A stretch of DNA of 64,000 nt from an uncultured Clostridia bacterium (lineage in GTDB: Bacteria; Bacillota; Clostridia; Christensenellales; UBA1242): contig CALVMK010000062.1 of assembly GCA_944345545.1 (NCBI GenBank), forward strand, positions 4,538 through 68,537, read 5' to 3'. The translations under genes were made by a program, and so were the position numbers. The notes under the pieces were generated by a model. The model was not told the DNA's origin. It saw only the letters and a program-made list of their open reading frames with translations, and did not search any database. Shown here one piece after another: positions 25,172-35,504 of this stretch. Each line of letters starts with the position of its first letter. Within the stretch, counting starts at the first letter, position 1.

Positions 25172-26314
25172 TTACTCTAAGATTCCAACACAAGACAACA
25201 TATTTAATAATAAATTTTTATTATTTAAAACGGGTATAACGCTAATTGCGTTAAAACATACATCAATATTAGGAATTTCTGGTGAAATATTAATAATTTT
25301 ACTAATGCAATTTTTTATTTTATCCTTATAAATTTCTGCTAAAAAATAACATTTATGCTTTATTACATTTATTTTTAAAAATAATTCTTTATTTTCAATA
25401 TTTTTATCAAAAAAAGTAAAATTTTTAATTTTTCCTATTAAAATATTAAAATTATTTAATTTTTTATATATTTTTTGTATGTCAGGTAATATTTTTGGTT
25501 CTATTTTTTTTAAAGAAAACATTTCTTTATAACAACAAATTAATAAATCTGAAGCTATTAAATAATTCAAATTTAGATTTTTGTTTTGTTCAGTAATTTT
25601 TTTATATTTTCTAATTAAAATATTTTCATATGCAAAATTATCAGAAATAGACAAAAGATGTGCTAAATTTACTATCGCCCCCAAATCAAGATTTAGCTTT
25701 GAAATTTCTATCATAAAATCCATAACCTCAAGCCTAGCTTCTCTTTCTCCCGCACCCAACTTCTCCGCACAACCTTCCAAAGTTATTAAAAGATATTTTA
25801 ATTCATCTAAATTATCTTTTTTATTAAATAATAAATTATAAATTTCTTTTTCATATAATATTTCATTATAACTCAAACCAAACAAAAAACCTCTTTTTGC
25901 CAAGTATAACGGCGTTGTTTGGATTATTTTTTCATCAACTAAAACAAAACTTGGTTCTTTTGCTTCTAATTTTTCAATAGTATTGATATTTTGAATAAAG
26001 CACTCATTAGTAAAATATATTGTCGACGTTGGCGCAGTTGGAATCATTATTAAATCTAGTCCATGTTCTTTACAAAAAATTTTTGCATAGTTGCAAATAT
26101 TTCCACCGCCAACAGCAACAACTAAATCATATACTCCTCGTTCATCATTGATTTTAAAAGGATTTTGAGCCAAATTTATTTCATTGACAATTAAGGATAA
26201 AAATTTGTCCTTAACCCCCTTAGAAATCATTAATAAAACATTTTTGTTAAAATAATTTTTTTTCAAAATTTCATGTAACTTATTAACTGCATCTTGTTTA
26301 TAAAAAATTTCCAT
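25172..26314 (-). CDS. Divergent iron-containing alcohol dehydrogenase / glycerol-1-phosphate dehydrogenase-like protein
   Basis: Nucleotide-binding motif VAVGGGNICNYAKIF. Start moved to the ATG at 26314 (MEIFYKQD) behind GTGGAG-7nt. Confidence 0.45.
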   Translation of the reverse strand: MEIFYKQDAVNKLHEILKKNYFNKNVLLMISKGVKDKFLSLIVNEINLAQNPFKINDERGVYDLVVAVGGGNICNYAKIFCKEHGLDLIMIPTAPTSTIYFTNECFIQNINTIEKLEAKEPSFVLVDEKIIQTTPLYLAKRGFLFGLSYNEILYEKEIYNLLFNKKDNLDELKYLLITLEGCAEKLGAGEREARLEVMDFMIEISKLNLDLGAIVNLAHLLSISDNFAYENILIRKYKKITEQNKNLNLNYLIASDLLICCYKEMFSLKKIEPKILPDIQKIYKKLNNFNILIGKIKNFTFFDKNIENKELFLKINVIKHKCYFLAEIYKDKIKNCISKIINISPEIPNIDVCFNAISVIPVLNNKNLLLNMLSCVGILE

Positions 26315-26448
26315 AATAAACTCCACGCATATTTTAGCAAAAATATAAATTATATCTAGCAAAATTTTTAAATTATTTTAGCGTTTTTTGTTAAAAAAAA
26401 TCGTTTTTACTCATGAATAAATTTTAATTAATAAATAATAATAAAAAT

Positions 26449-27522
26449 ATGAAAAATTTTGTAAAATTTATAATTATTTTTGTATTTTTTGTTATGATCT
26501 TTAGCAACTATAATCTTGCATATGCTCAAGATGAGTTTTATTACACTGACAATGTCGAACATCTTTTTACTCACTGTCTTCTCGCCTACCCAGAAATTGC
26601 ACTTGCGAAAAATAATGAAATGCAACTGCATTACAACCAAGATTGTATAACTCACACAGAATTTAAAGCAATTTTAAAAGAACTATATAAAAATAATTAC
26701 GTATTAGTAAATATAAATGACTGTTTTAAAATAGAAAATGGTAAAGCAGTAAAAAATAAGATTAAAATTCCTGTTGGTAAAAAACCAATAATTTTTTCAT
26801 TTGACGATGTAAACTACGACCACAAAAAACTTCATTTAGGAATGATTGATAAGTTAATTTTAGATGAAAATGGGAACTTGGCAGAACTAACCTATAAAGA
26901 TAATAAAGAAGTAATAACTTATGACAGAGAATTTGTTTGCATAATGGAAGATTTTATTAATAAAAACCCAGACTTTTCAATAAATGGAGCAAGAGGAACA
27001 TTAAATTTAACTGGTTATGATGGAATTTTGGGTTATAGAACTCAAAAAAATAATAAAATTAATAGAGAAAGTGAAATAGAAGAAGCAAAAAAAGTTGTTG
27101 CTAAATTAAAAGAAAATGGTTGGACATTTGCGTCCCACTCTTATGGCCATTATCATATGAAAAAAATTACACTTGAAAACTTTAAAATTGAGCTTGAATG
27201 TTGGAAAGATGAAGTTGAATCTATAATAGGAAAAACTCAAGTTTATGTTTACCCATATGGCGAATGGGAAATAACAGATAACGGCTCAATTTCAAAAAAA
27301 CACAAACTTCTTGAAGAATATGGTTTTAAATTGTTTTGTGGCGTTGGCATGCAACAGTTTTATAGTTATCTTCCTTTTGATAAAAATATTAAAGAAAAAA
27401 CGCTTTTTATGGATAGAAAAGTTATTGACGGCTTTACATTAAAAAATCGAACAAGTAACTTAAAACCCTTGTTCGATACAAATGTTGTTTATGACTACGC
27501 CCATAGAAGTTTAGTAAATTAA
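26449..27522 (+). CDS. Secreted polysaccharide deacetylase (NodB-homology) family protein
   Basis: Signal peptide MKNFVKFIIIFVFFVMIFSNYNLAYA, an FSFDDV motif and an SHSYGHYH motif. Its stop codon overlaps the stop of the convergent gene at 27519-27522. Confidence 0.6.
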   Translation: MKNFVKFIIIFVFFVMIFSNYNLAYAQDEFYYTDNVEHLFTHCLLAYPEIALAKNNEMQLHYNQDCITHTEFKAILKELYKNNYVLVNINDCFKIENGKAVKNKIKIPVGKKPIIFSFDDVNYDHKKLHLGMIDKLILDENGNLAELTYKDNKEVITYDREFVCIMEDFINKNPDFSINGARGTLNLTGYDGILGYRTQKNNKINRESEIEEAKKVVAKLKENGWTFASHSYGHYHMKKITLENFKIELECWKDEVESIIGKTQVYVYPYGEWEITDNGSISKKHKLLEEYGFKLFCGVGMQQFYSYLPFDKNIKEKTLFMDRKVIDGFTLKNRTSNLKPLFDTNVVYDYAHRSLVN

Positions 27523-27908
27523 AATATGTTTGTTGGCGGAGTGTTTAACATTATTAAAAGAACTATTAAAAGTATTAAAAAAACACCTGCTACTCCTAAA
27601 GTAATATAAAATAGTGTTTTCCACACTTTTGGATTAACATCTTTTTTCTCTTTTACTTTTTTTAATTCTTTATCTTTTCTTTCTATGGCACTATTTTCTA
27701 AATTTTTTTCATTTTGATTTTTATCAGATTTTTCTTCAATTTTTCCTTCTTTATCAACAGTATTTATTTGATTGTTTTCTAACACTTTTGAATTATCAGA
27801 AGGTTGAGTGCTCATATTTACATCTTTATTTTCTATTTTTTTGCTTTTTGTTTTTACATTTCCATTGTTTTGCTCTAAGCTTTTTGTTTTTTCTTGTTTT
27901 TTAACCAT
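27519..27908 (-). CDS. Tail-anchored Lys/Glu/Asn-rich low-complexity membrane protein
   Basis: 129-aa ORF with a charged low-complexity N-terminal 95 aa and a single C-terminal TM (FYITLGVAGVFLILLIVLLIML). Confidence 0.5.
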   Translation of the reverse strand: MVKKQEKTKSLEQNNGNVKTKSKKIENKDVNMSTQPSDNSKVLENNQINTVDKEGKIEEKSDKNQNEKNLENSAIERKDKELKKVKEKKDVNPKVWKTLFYITLGVAGVFLILLIVLLIMLNTPPTNIF

Positions 27909-27962
27909 ATTATTTTCCTTTGTTAAATTTTAGTATATTTTAAAAAATTTGTCTACTAAAAA

Positions 27963-28568
27963 TTAGATATTGGATAGCCAATTATCAGGTAAATTTTGCC
28001 AAACTTCACCCACCTCATAAGTTCCAGAATTATATAAAAGCGTTTCAAAAACAACTATAATTTCATAATATTTATCATAATTAAAAAAATTTTCATTTGT
28101 TGGCAAGGTTATGCTTTGACTAAAATTTGTTATCACTCCTGCCGTTAAAATGTCATTGTAATAATAATAATCTCCTTCTTTAAGCCAAATTTCATCAGCA
28201 ACAGTAGCATTTAGAATGCTTAAATTACCACCTTCATCACAAGTAAATAATTTAACCCTAACAACCGTACTTTCACTGTTTAACGGCAAACTCATTTTTA
28301 TAACTTGTTGAACATTAGCCCCAGGTATATTGCTTCCATCATAGGTTATAGATGTTGCATAAGCACCTTGTGAATTTAAGTTTACTGTTATAGACGTTCC
28401 TAAAGGAATATTGCCTTGAATAAAAACTTTTTGTTTAAAATAATCTGTCATCAAAAGCCAAACGCAAATTATTAAAAGCAGACGTAATATAGATATAACA
28501 AATATAAACCACTTAGTTGAGCTTTTTAATTTTTTTTCTTTTTTAGGAAATGCTTTAATTTCTTTCAT
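27963..28568 (-). CDS. Membrane-anchored hypothetical protein with a beta-rich ectodomain
   Basis: 201-aa ORF with an N-terminal TM (WFIFVISILRLLLIICVWLLM). No family recognised. Confidence 0.5.
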   Translation of the reverse strand: MKEIKAFPKKEKKLKSSTKWFIFVISILRLLLIICVWLLMTDYFKQKVFIQGNIPLGTSITVNLNSQGAYATSITYDGSNIPGANVQQVIKMSLPLNSESTVVRVKLFTCDEGGNLSILNATVADEIWLKEGDYYYYNDILTAGVITNFSQSITLPTNENFFNYDKYYEIIVVFETLLYNSGTYEVGEVWQNLPDNWLSNI

Positions 28569-28626
28569 ATTTAGATTATTAGCTTAAAATTAATAATTAA
28601 ACATAACAAATAAGTTTTTTATTACC

Positions 28627-29967
28627 TTATTTTAACAATTTATTTCTTTCTTTTTTGTAATTTTTTAATTTTTGTTCCCTAAACTCAATACTTTCCGCCT
28701 CAAGTTCCCATTTTCGTTTTAACCAAGTGTATTTTTTATTTCCAACAAAATAATCGTACATAATTATACCAACACCTTGAATCATAAAAATATAATAGCT
28801 CATAATACGCCATATAATTAAAGCCCAAAAAAGAGTTCCATCTTTAAAAAATTGACCAAACAAAGCAGTAAAAGAAAGTTCACTTACACCAGTTCCACCA
28901 GGTAGCGGAATAAAACTAGCAGCAACATCAACCATTACGCCCATAATAAATATTTCTAAAAATAAATCTGGTCTCCAACCTAAAAATGCACATGTTATTG
29001 TAAAAGGAATAATAAATGTTAATATAAATTGAATTAAAGAAATGAATAATAAATACACAAAAGTCCATTTAGATTTTGCATAATTTTGAATAGTTGCTTG
29101 ATAATCACTAACAACTTTTAAAACTTTGTTATATTGTTTTTCATAATTTTTTACAATCTTTATTTTTCTTAAAAATTTAAGCGTCCAACCAACAAGTTTT
29201 TTCCCCACACTTTTACTTATAGATAAAAAAATGATAACAAAACTAAGCAAAAAATTAAGGGAAAATCCCACATAAAATGCGACAGAAACTACTGTTACAC
29301 CACCTATTACATTTGTTGTAGTTGCTAATATTAGCACTATTGCACACATTATAATTGATGCAATTTGTGACAAAACATAGTTTCCCATAGGGACGGAAAT
29401 AGCTGCAGATGCACTAAGCCCTCTATTTTTTAAATACATAATTTGAAAGGGTTGTCCACCAGTTGCCATTGGTGTAATAACGTCATAATGTCTTCCAATG
29501 GCTACAGTTTTATAACTTAAAAACGGTCTTGATCGCCCTGTTGAATGTTTTACTAACGTGTTTATTCTAGCTGCCCCACACACCATATACAAGCCAAAAA
29601 CAACTAATGTCAAAAGTATAAACCAAAGATTTAACCCACTTGTAAATAGCGTGCTTATTGGCATTACTTCTTGTGTTGTTAACTGGTTTACAAGAATTGC
29701 TATAACAACACCAATATTAATTAAAAAAAATACAAAATTTAATATTTTCTTTTTCTTACTTTTTTGTTTTGCTACTTGTTGTTCTGCTTCATCTAACTGA
29801 TTTTGATTAATTTCTTGTTTTTCAATTATTTCTTTAACTTCTTCTTCAGTTAGAGGTTTTTCATCTTTATTTTCTAATGGTAAAACTTGCTCCTGTAAAA
29901 TTGCAGGAGTTTTAATTTTTAAATTTTTTTTACCATCACGTTTTCTCACTGCTAAATATAATAACAA
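28627..29967 (-). CDS. Flippase-like (UPF0104 / LPG-synthase-TM-type) multi-pass membrane protein
   Basis: Multiple TM segments and the motif ..GRHYDVITPMATGGQPFQIMYL.. typical of this family. The start is uncertain: TTG at 29967 has no obvious RBS. Confidence 0.55.
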   Translation of the reverse strand: MLLYLAVRKRDGKKNLKIKTPAILQEQVLPLENKDEKPLTEEEVKEIIEKQEINQNQLDEAEQQVAKQKSKKKKILNFVFFLINIGVVIAILVNQLTTQEVMPISTLFTSGLNLWFILLTLVVFGLYMVCGAARINTLVKHSTGRSRPFLSYKTVAIGRHYDVITPMATGGQPFQIMYLKNRGLSASAAISVPMGNYVLSQIASIIMCAIVLILATTTNVIGGVTVVSVAFYVGFSLNFLLSFVIIFLSISKSVGKKLVGWTLKFLRKIKIVKNYEKQYNKVLKVVSDYQATIQNYAKSKWTFVYLLFISLIQFILTFIIPFTITCAFLGWRPDLFLEIFIMGVMVDVAASFIPLPGGTGVSELSFTALFGQFFKDGTLFWALIIWRIMSYYIFMIQGVGIIMYDYFVGNKKYTWLKRKWELEAESIEFREQKLKNYKKERNKLLK

Positions 29968-30053
29968 ATAAATTATTACTTGTCAAAGTCTTTTTAACAC
30001 AATTATACATGCACATAAAATAAAAGGTAAGCTCGTTGGCTTACCTTTAATTA

Positions 30054-31724
30054 TTACCCTAATAAATCTTGATAATTTGATTTATGAATAGTTAAGTTTT
30101 TAATATCTTTTTTAAGAACATCTAAATTCATACTTTCAAAAATTGAATAATTGTCTTCGGCTAATTCTTCATAAACCTTATCAAATAATGTCTTGTTGTT
30201 AAATTGATTAAGAAGTGTGTTTTGAATAATTGTTACAATTTCAGTTAATTTAGATTGGTCTGCAGTATTTAAGTTAAATGTGTTAGGGTCTGTTATTGTA
30301 AATGGATTTGTAATTACACCAGCATAAAAAATTATATGAACTCCATACTCAGATACACAATAACCTATTGAACCATACTCACCATTGCCATTATCCCAAA
30401 GTTCTCTAGATGTTTCTGTGAAAGACTCAACCATTTGACTGTTATCTTTACCTATTACATAACAATATTCTGCATTCATATTACCTGTATCTTCGTTGTA
30501 AGTATAAATATAATCTTGAAATATTTCTGTTTTTTTGTTGTCAGATACACCAGTCATTTTTGATTGAAGTTGATTATAAATATCCATTGGTGATAAAGAA
30601 GTGCTTTCTCCCGTTTGAATATTTTTTGCTTTAATTTTTTCCGCTTCTACTTCTAAAGCATCTTCATATTGTTTTTCTGTAATTGTTCCGTTTTCTAATG
30701 CTTTTTCTAAATTTTCGATTTGTTCTGTCGAGCTTTCATCATACTTTAATAAAATATGATTTACATAAAAATAATCGCTGTTTATAAAGTAATCAATGTT
30801 AGATACATCTTCCAATATATCTGTATCATATTGAGAAGAACTTACTGTATACTTTGTGTAACTTGAAAGCATGTCCGCCGTCAATTTTTTCAAAACTTGA
30901 CTTAAGGTTATGTTTGAAATATCATTATCCCCACGAATTTGGTCATCATAAATTTCAATATATTTATTTTCCATTGTAGATTCATAAATTCTTTCTACTT
31001 CTCTTTCAAAAACTTCACTATCTTTTGTTGAAAGATTTTGACCTTCTTCACTTTCTTTTAAGTCTTCAATATACTGCCTTTTAGCTTCAACTAAAACATC
31101 TTTATTTGAAGAATTATTAATCTTTTTATCTAAGGTTGTTATTATAGAAGATATTTCTTCACCTTCTTCATAATAGAGTTCAACATCTTGGTCAACACTT
31201 GTGTTAGTATCTAAAAGCTTTATAACATATTCACCATCTATTAAAACTATTTCAGCTTGTTTTTCGTAAGGAGTATATTCAGTTGTTGAGCTTTCTTCTT
31301 CCTCTAATGTTGATGGAATATTTAATTTCCATTGCTCTATTACTTGTGTTTCATAGCTAGCAAGATTTGATAAAATTGTGTCATAAGTTTCTTGCCAGAT
31401 ATTATTCAAGTCTCCATTACCAAAAGTTACAGCTTTTTTGGCAGCTACAAGCATTACCTCACGATTTATAAGAACATCAATCGTTGAATCTATCGCTTGT
31501 TGCATTGTGTAACCATAGCTATCTACAAGTTGAGCACCGTAAGAATTAAATGCTGTTATTAAGTCTTTTTTATCTATTTTTATATTTTCCCCATCTGCAG
31601 TTTCAAAAGTTACAATAGGGGCATTTAAGTATTTCGCTTGATTTGTTGGGAATAAATTACAGCCCGTCAAAACAAAGGAAAAAGTTATTAAACATATAAA
31701 TGCTAGTGTTAAAATTTTCTTCAT
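30054..31724 (-). CDS. PrsA/SurA-like foldase lipoprotein (degenerate parvulin domain)
   Basis: Lipobox FVLTGC. Contains ..YVNHILLKYD.. and ..YGVHIIFYAG.. parvulin-like segments. Sits directly downstream of mfd, as in many Clostridia. RBS is AAGGAGAATT-ATG. Confidence 0.55.
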   Translation of the reverse strand: MKKILTLAFICLITFSFVLTGCNLFPTNQAKYLNAPIVTFETADGENIKIDKKDLITAFNSYGAQLVDSYGYTMQQAIDSTIDVLINREVMLVAAKKAVTFGNGDLNNIWQETYDTILSNLASYETQVIEQWKLNIPSTLEEEESSTTEYTPYEKQAEIVLIDGEYVIKLLDTNTSVDQDVELYYEEGEEISSIITTLDKKINNSSNKDVLVEAKRQYIEDLKESEEGQNLSTKDSEVFEREVERIYESTMENKYIEIYDDQIRGDNDISNITLSQVLKKLTADMLSSYTKYTVSSSQYDTDILEDVSNIDYFINSDYFYVNHILLKYDESSTEQIENLEKALENGTITEKQYEDALEVEAEKIKAKNIQTGESTSLSPMDIYNQLQSKMTGVSDNKKTEIFQDYIYTYNEDTGNMNAEYCYVIGKDNSQMVESFTETSRELWDNGNGEYGSIGYCVSEYGVHIIFYAGVITNPFTITDPNTFNLNTADQSKLTEIVTIIQNTLLNQFNNKTLFDKVYEELAEDNYSIFESMNLDVLKKDIKNLTIHKSNYQDLLG

Positions 31725-31799
31725 AATTCTCCTTGTTTAATTGTTACCAAAACATTATAGCCATAAAACAGAAAAAAATCAACAAATTTTGTTTAGATT

Positions 31800-34700
31800 T
31801 TAATTTTTTAGCATACTAATTAACGTTTTGACTTTCTCTAACTTGTTATTTGTTAAGTATATATCTATTATAGGCACATCTTCAAACCTTAAAACACATT
31901 TTTCTTTGTTTAATTCTATTAGTTTTGCAAGTTTCTCTGACAAAATATTATCTTTCTTATAAAGATATAGCTTGCAAACATTATCATTTATAACAACCCT
32001 TTTTACATCTTCTAGTTGTGCCATGTTTTTTAATAATGCAATATACAAAATATTATTTACTTCGCAAGGCAATTCTCCATAACTTGTTTTTAATTCATTT
32101 TTAAGTTTTTCCAATTCTTCTTCACTTTCTACTTCACTTATTTCGCTATATCTTCTTATCCTTTCAGCTTCTGAAGTAATATAATCTTCAGGTATGAAAG
32201 CACTTAAAGAAACATCCATTTTTATTTCTTTTCTTTCCTTAACTTTTTCGCCTTTTAATTCTTTGACTGCATCTTGTAAAAGTTTGCAATACATGTCGTA
32301 ACCAACTTTTTCCATATGCCCATGCTGTTCTTTGCCCAAAACATTTCCCGCACCTCTTATTTCTAAATCACGCATGGCAATTTTAAAACCACTACCTAAA
32401 TCTGTAAACTCCATTATGGCTTCCAGCCTTTTATAAGCTTGTTCCGTCAAAACTTTGTTGCCATTAAATGTAAAATATGCGTATGCAAGTCTATTGCTTC
32501 TTCCAATTCTTCCCCTTAATTGATATAACTGAGAAAGTCCTAATCTGTCTGAATCTATAACTATTAAAGTATTCGCAAGCGGTAAATCTACACCATTTTC
32601 TATTAAAGTTGTAGCTATAAGAATTTGAAACTCACCTTCATATAATTTGAAAATCGTGTCTTCAAGCATTTTTTGAGAAAGTTTGCCATGAGCAACTCCT
32701 ATTTTTGCTTCAGGCAAAAGTTCTTTAATTCTTGAAGCAAAATCATAAATTGTTTCCACACGGTTGTAAACTATTAAAACTTGCCCTTGCCTAGCCAGTT
32801 CCTTTTTACAAACATCTACAATTAATTCTTCAGATTGTTCTACAACAAAAGTTTGAACTGGCAACCTTTCTTTAGGTGGCGTCTCTATTATGCTTATATC
32901 CCTTATTCCAGATAATGACATATGCAATGTTCTAGGTATTGGCGTTGCACTTAAAGTTAAAACATCAATATCCTTTTTTAATGCTTTAATTTTTTCTTTA
33001 TCTCCAACACCAAAACGTTGCTCTTCATCTAAAACTAAAAGTCCCAAATTTTTAAAATTAATGTCATTCGCAAGCAGTTTATGTGTGCCAACTATTAAAT
33101 CTATTTCTCCACTCGCTATTTTCTTTTTTATTTCTTTAACTTGATTTTCTGGCACTAATCTATTTATTTTAGCCAGCCTTACCATAAAGCCTTCAAAACG
33201 TTTTTTAGCAGTATTGAAATGTTGTTCTGCTAAAATTGTTGTAGGGCATAAAAATGCTACCTGTTTTCCATTTATTATTGCTTTATAAATAGCTCTTAAC
33301 GCAACTTCAGTTTTTCCATATCCAACATCGCCACAAACTAGTCTGTCCATAACTTTACCAGTTTCCATGTCTGTTAAGATATCATTTATTGCATTTAATT
33401 GGTCTTCAGTCTCTTCATATTCAAAAGAATTTTCAAACATATCATATAGATATCCGCCGTCAACATACTTGTAACCCTTTTGTTTTTCTCTTTCTGAATA
33501 AAGTTCTAAAAGGTTTATTGCTAACTCTTTAACATTTTTATAAACTCTTTCTTTTATTCTTTGAAACTCAGCTCCACCTAACTTGTTAAGTTTTGGCTCA
33601 CCATCTGTCCCCATAAAAGCAGAAATGCTTCCTGCTTGTTCGCTTGGTAAATAAAATTTATCTTTACCAGCATATTCAATTACAAAATAATCTTTTTCAA
33701 CATCAGCAAGTTTCATTCTGGTAAGTGCAACACACTTGCCAACGCCATGAAGTTCATGTACAACAAAATCACCAACTTTAGGGGTATAAAAAACTTTTTG
33801 TTTTTTAGATTTTACAATATTTTTCTTATATAAATCATCAGTTCCAATAATAATGCTATCCAAACTATAAAACCAAGCAGAATCAGGCAAATAATCTTTA
33901 AAAACTCTAACACCTGCATCTACATAATCATCTTTTACAGTTGTTATAGAATTTTCTAGCAAAAAATTTTGCATTTTTTCTTTGTTTTTCTCATTTCCGC
34001 AAAACAAACTAACCTTATATCCACCATTAACAAAAACGTTGATATCTTTTACAAGTTCACGATAGTCAAAAATATATTTTTTAGGGCTTGAAGTTTTAAA
34101 GGTAATAACTTGTTCTGGTTCAAAAAAATTTGTTTGAGAAAGAATATTGCTAAAAGCTATTTGAGAATTGTTTTTACTTTCAAAAACATTTTTTAAGTCT
34201 AAAAATAACTTTTTATCTTCACCTAAACTGTTATAAAATATTTCTGCCTCCGCTTTCAACTTTTTAGGTTCGTCAAAAAAAATGTTAGTTTTAAAACTCA
34301 ATAAATTATCATTACTTAAATTTTTTAAAACTGCTGGATAAATAACAACAGATTCTAATTCTTCAACTATTGAGTAGTCATCAGCATTAACAACTGTGAT
34401 TTTTTCTAAATCATCGCCAAAATAACTTGCTCGAACAAGATTTGAAGAATTAATATTCCAAATATCAATCAAATCACCCTTAACAGAAAATTGACCTTTT
34501 CTAGCTGGTTGTTCAACTCTTGTGTAGCCACTTTCAATTAAAAGTTTAATAAGTTCATTAAAAGCAATTTTGTTGTCTAAATTGATTATTGATTTTAATA
34601 ATTCATCTTGCTTTTGAATTTTTTCAAATAAAACTTCTGGAAGAACTATTAAAGCATTAATGTTTCCTAATAAAAAATCACAAAGTGAAGAAATAAATTC

Positions 34701-34967
34701 ATAATAAGTTGAATTATCTTTAACTCCAAATAAGTTTGTAAATGATGAAGTTAAAACTTTGTTTTTCATGTTTAAAGCATTTGCCTGAACTGAAATTTTT
34801 TCTGCCACCACTAAATCACTAGCAACAAAAATTCCTCGTTTAGCTAATGTAAAAAATATGCCTTCACAAGAGGCATTTAATCCAAAAAGGCATTGTTTTT
34901 TCTCATTTTCTAAACCACTTAGATATTTTTGTAATTCAGGTGATTTTAATAGTATGTTTAAGTCCAT
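31800..34967 (-). CDS. mfd: Transcription-repair coupling factor Mfd
   Basis: 1055 aa. RNAP-interaction segment FVVHELHGVGKCV, helicase motifs GDVGYGKTEVALRA and DEEQRFGV, and a TRG-like region. Confidence 0.95.
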   Translation of the reverse strand: MDLNILLKSPELQKYLSGLENEKKQCLFGLNASCEGIFFTLAKRGIFVASDLVVAEKISVQANALNMKNKVLTSSFTNLFGVKDNSTYYEFISSLCDFLLGNINALIVLPEVLFEKIQKQDELLKSIINLDNKIAFNELIKLLIESGYTRVEQPARKGQFSVKGDLIDIWNINSSNLVRASYFGDDLEKITVVNADDYSIVEELESVVIYPAVLKNLSNDNLLSFKTNIFFDEPKKLKAEAEIFYNSLGEDKKLFLDLKNVFESKNNSQIAFSNILSQTNFFEPEQVITFKTSSPKKYIFDYRELVKDINVFVNGGYKVSLFCGNEKNKEKMQNFLLENSITTVKDDYVDAGVRVFKDYLPDSAWFYSLDSIIIGTDDLYKKNIVKSKKQKVFYTPKVGDFVVHELHGVGKCVALTRMKLADVEKDYFVIEYAGKDKFYLPSEQAGSISAFMGTDGEPKLNKLGGAEFQRIKERVYKNVKELAINLLELYSEREKQKGYKYVDGGYLYDMFENSFEYEETEDQLNAINDILTDMETGKVMDRLVCGDVGYGKTEVALRAIYKAIINGKQVAFLCPTTILAEQHFNTAKKRFEGFMVRLAKINRLVPENQVKEIKKKIASGEIDLIVGTHKLLANDINFKNLGLLVLDEEQRFGVGDKEKIKALKKDIDVLTLSATPIPRTLHMSLSGIRDISIIETPPKERLPVQTFVVEQSEELIVDVCKKELARQGQVLIVYNRVETIYDFASRIKELLPEAKIGVAHGKLSQKMLEDTIFKLYEGEFQILIATTLIENGVDLPLANTLIVIDSDRLGLSQLYQLRGRIGRSNRLAYAYFTFNGNKVLTEQAYKRLEAIMEFTDLGSGFKIAMRDLEIRGAGNVLGKEQHGHMEKVGYDMYCKLLQDAVKELKGEKVKERKEIKMDVSLSAFIPEDYITSEAERIRRYSEISEVESEEELEKLKNELKTSYGELPCEVNNILYIALLKNMAQLEDVKRVVINDNVCKLYLYKKDNILSEKLAKLIELNKEKCVLRFEDVPIIDIYLTNNKLEKVKTLISMLKN

Positions 34968-35495
34968 TTACGCACCTTTAATGAGTTTTAAAATGTATTC
35001 TGCAGAAGCAACAATAACTTCATCTATAACAACTTTTGATTCTTCATCTATGTTTGATAAAACATAATCTGCCAAATCATATGGCTTTTCATCAGGTTTT
35101 ATACCAATTCTAACTCTTTTGAAATCTGTTCCAATATTTTGAACAATACTTCTCATTCCGTTGTGTGTTCCAGCACTTCCAGCTTCGCGATATCTAAATG
35201 TGCCTTTAGGCAAATCAATATCATCAACAACAACTATAATTTCAGAATTTTTTAATTTGAATTTATTTTTAAAAGAAAGAACGCTATTGCCTGATAAATT
35301 CATGTAAGTATTTGGTTTGGCAAGAATAATTTTTTTTCCTTCATAATTAGTTTCAGCCACACTAGCCATAGAATAAGTTTTAGAGAACTTTGCTCCTAAC
35401 ATTTCTGCTAATTTATCAACAGTTAAAAAACCTATATTATGATAGGTGTTAAAATATTTTTTTTCAGGATTACCTAAACCAACTACTAAATACAT
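34968..35495 (-). CDS. pth: Peptidyl-tRNA hydrolase
   Basis: MYLVVGLGNPEKKYFNTYHNIGF.. is the canonical Pth N-terminus. The gene abuts the mfd start with no gap. Confidence 0.95.
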   Translation of the reverse strand: MYLVVGLGNPEKKYFNTYHNIGFLTVDKLAEMLGAKFSKTYSMASVAETNYEGKKIILAKPNTYMNLSGNSVLSFKNKFKLKNSEIIVVVDDIDLPKGTFRYREAGSAGTHNGMRSIVQNIGTDFKRVRIGIKPDEKPYDLADYVLSNIDEESKVVIDEVIVASAEYILKLIKGA

Positions 35496-35504
35496 AACTT
35501 TCCT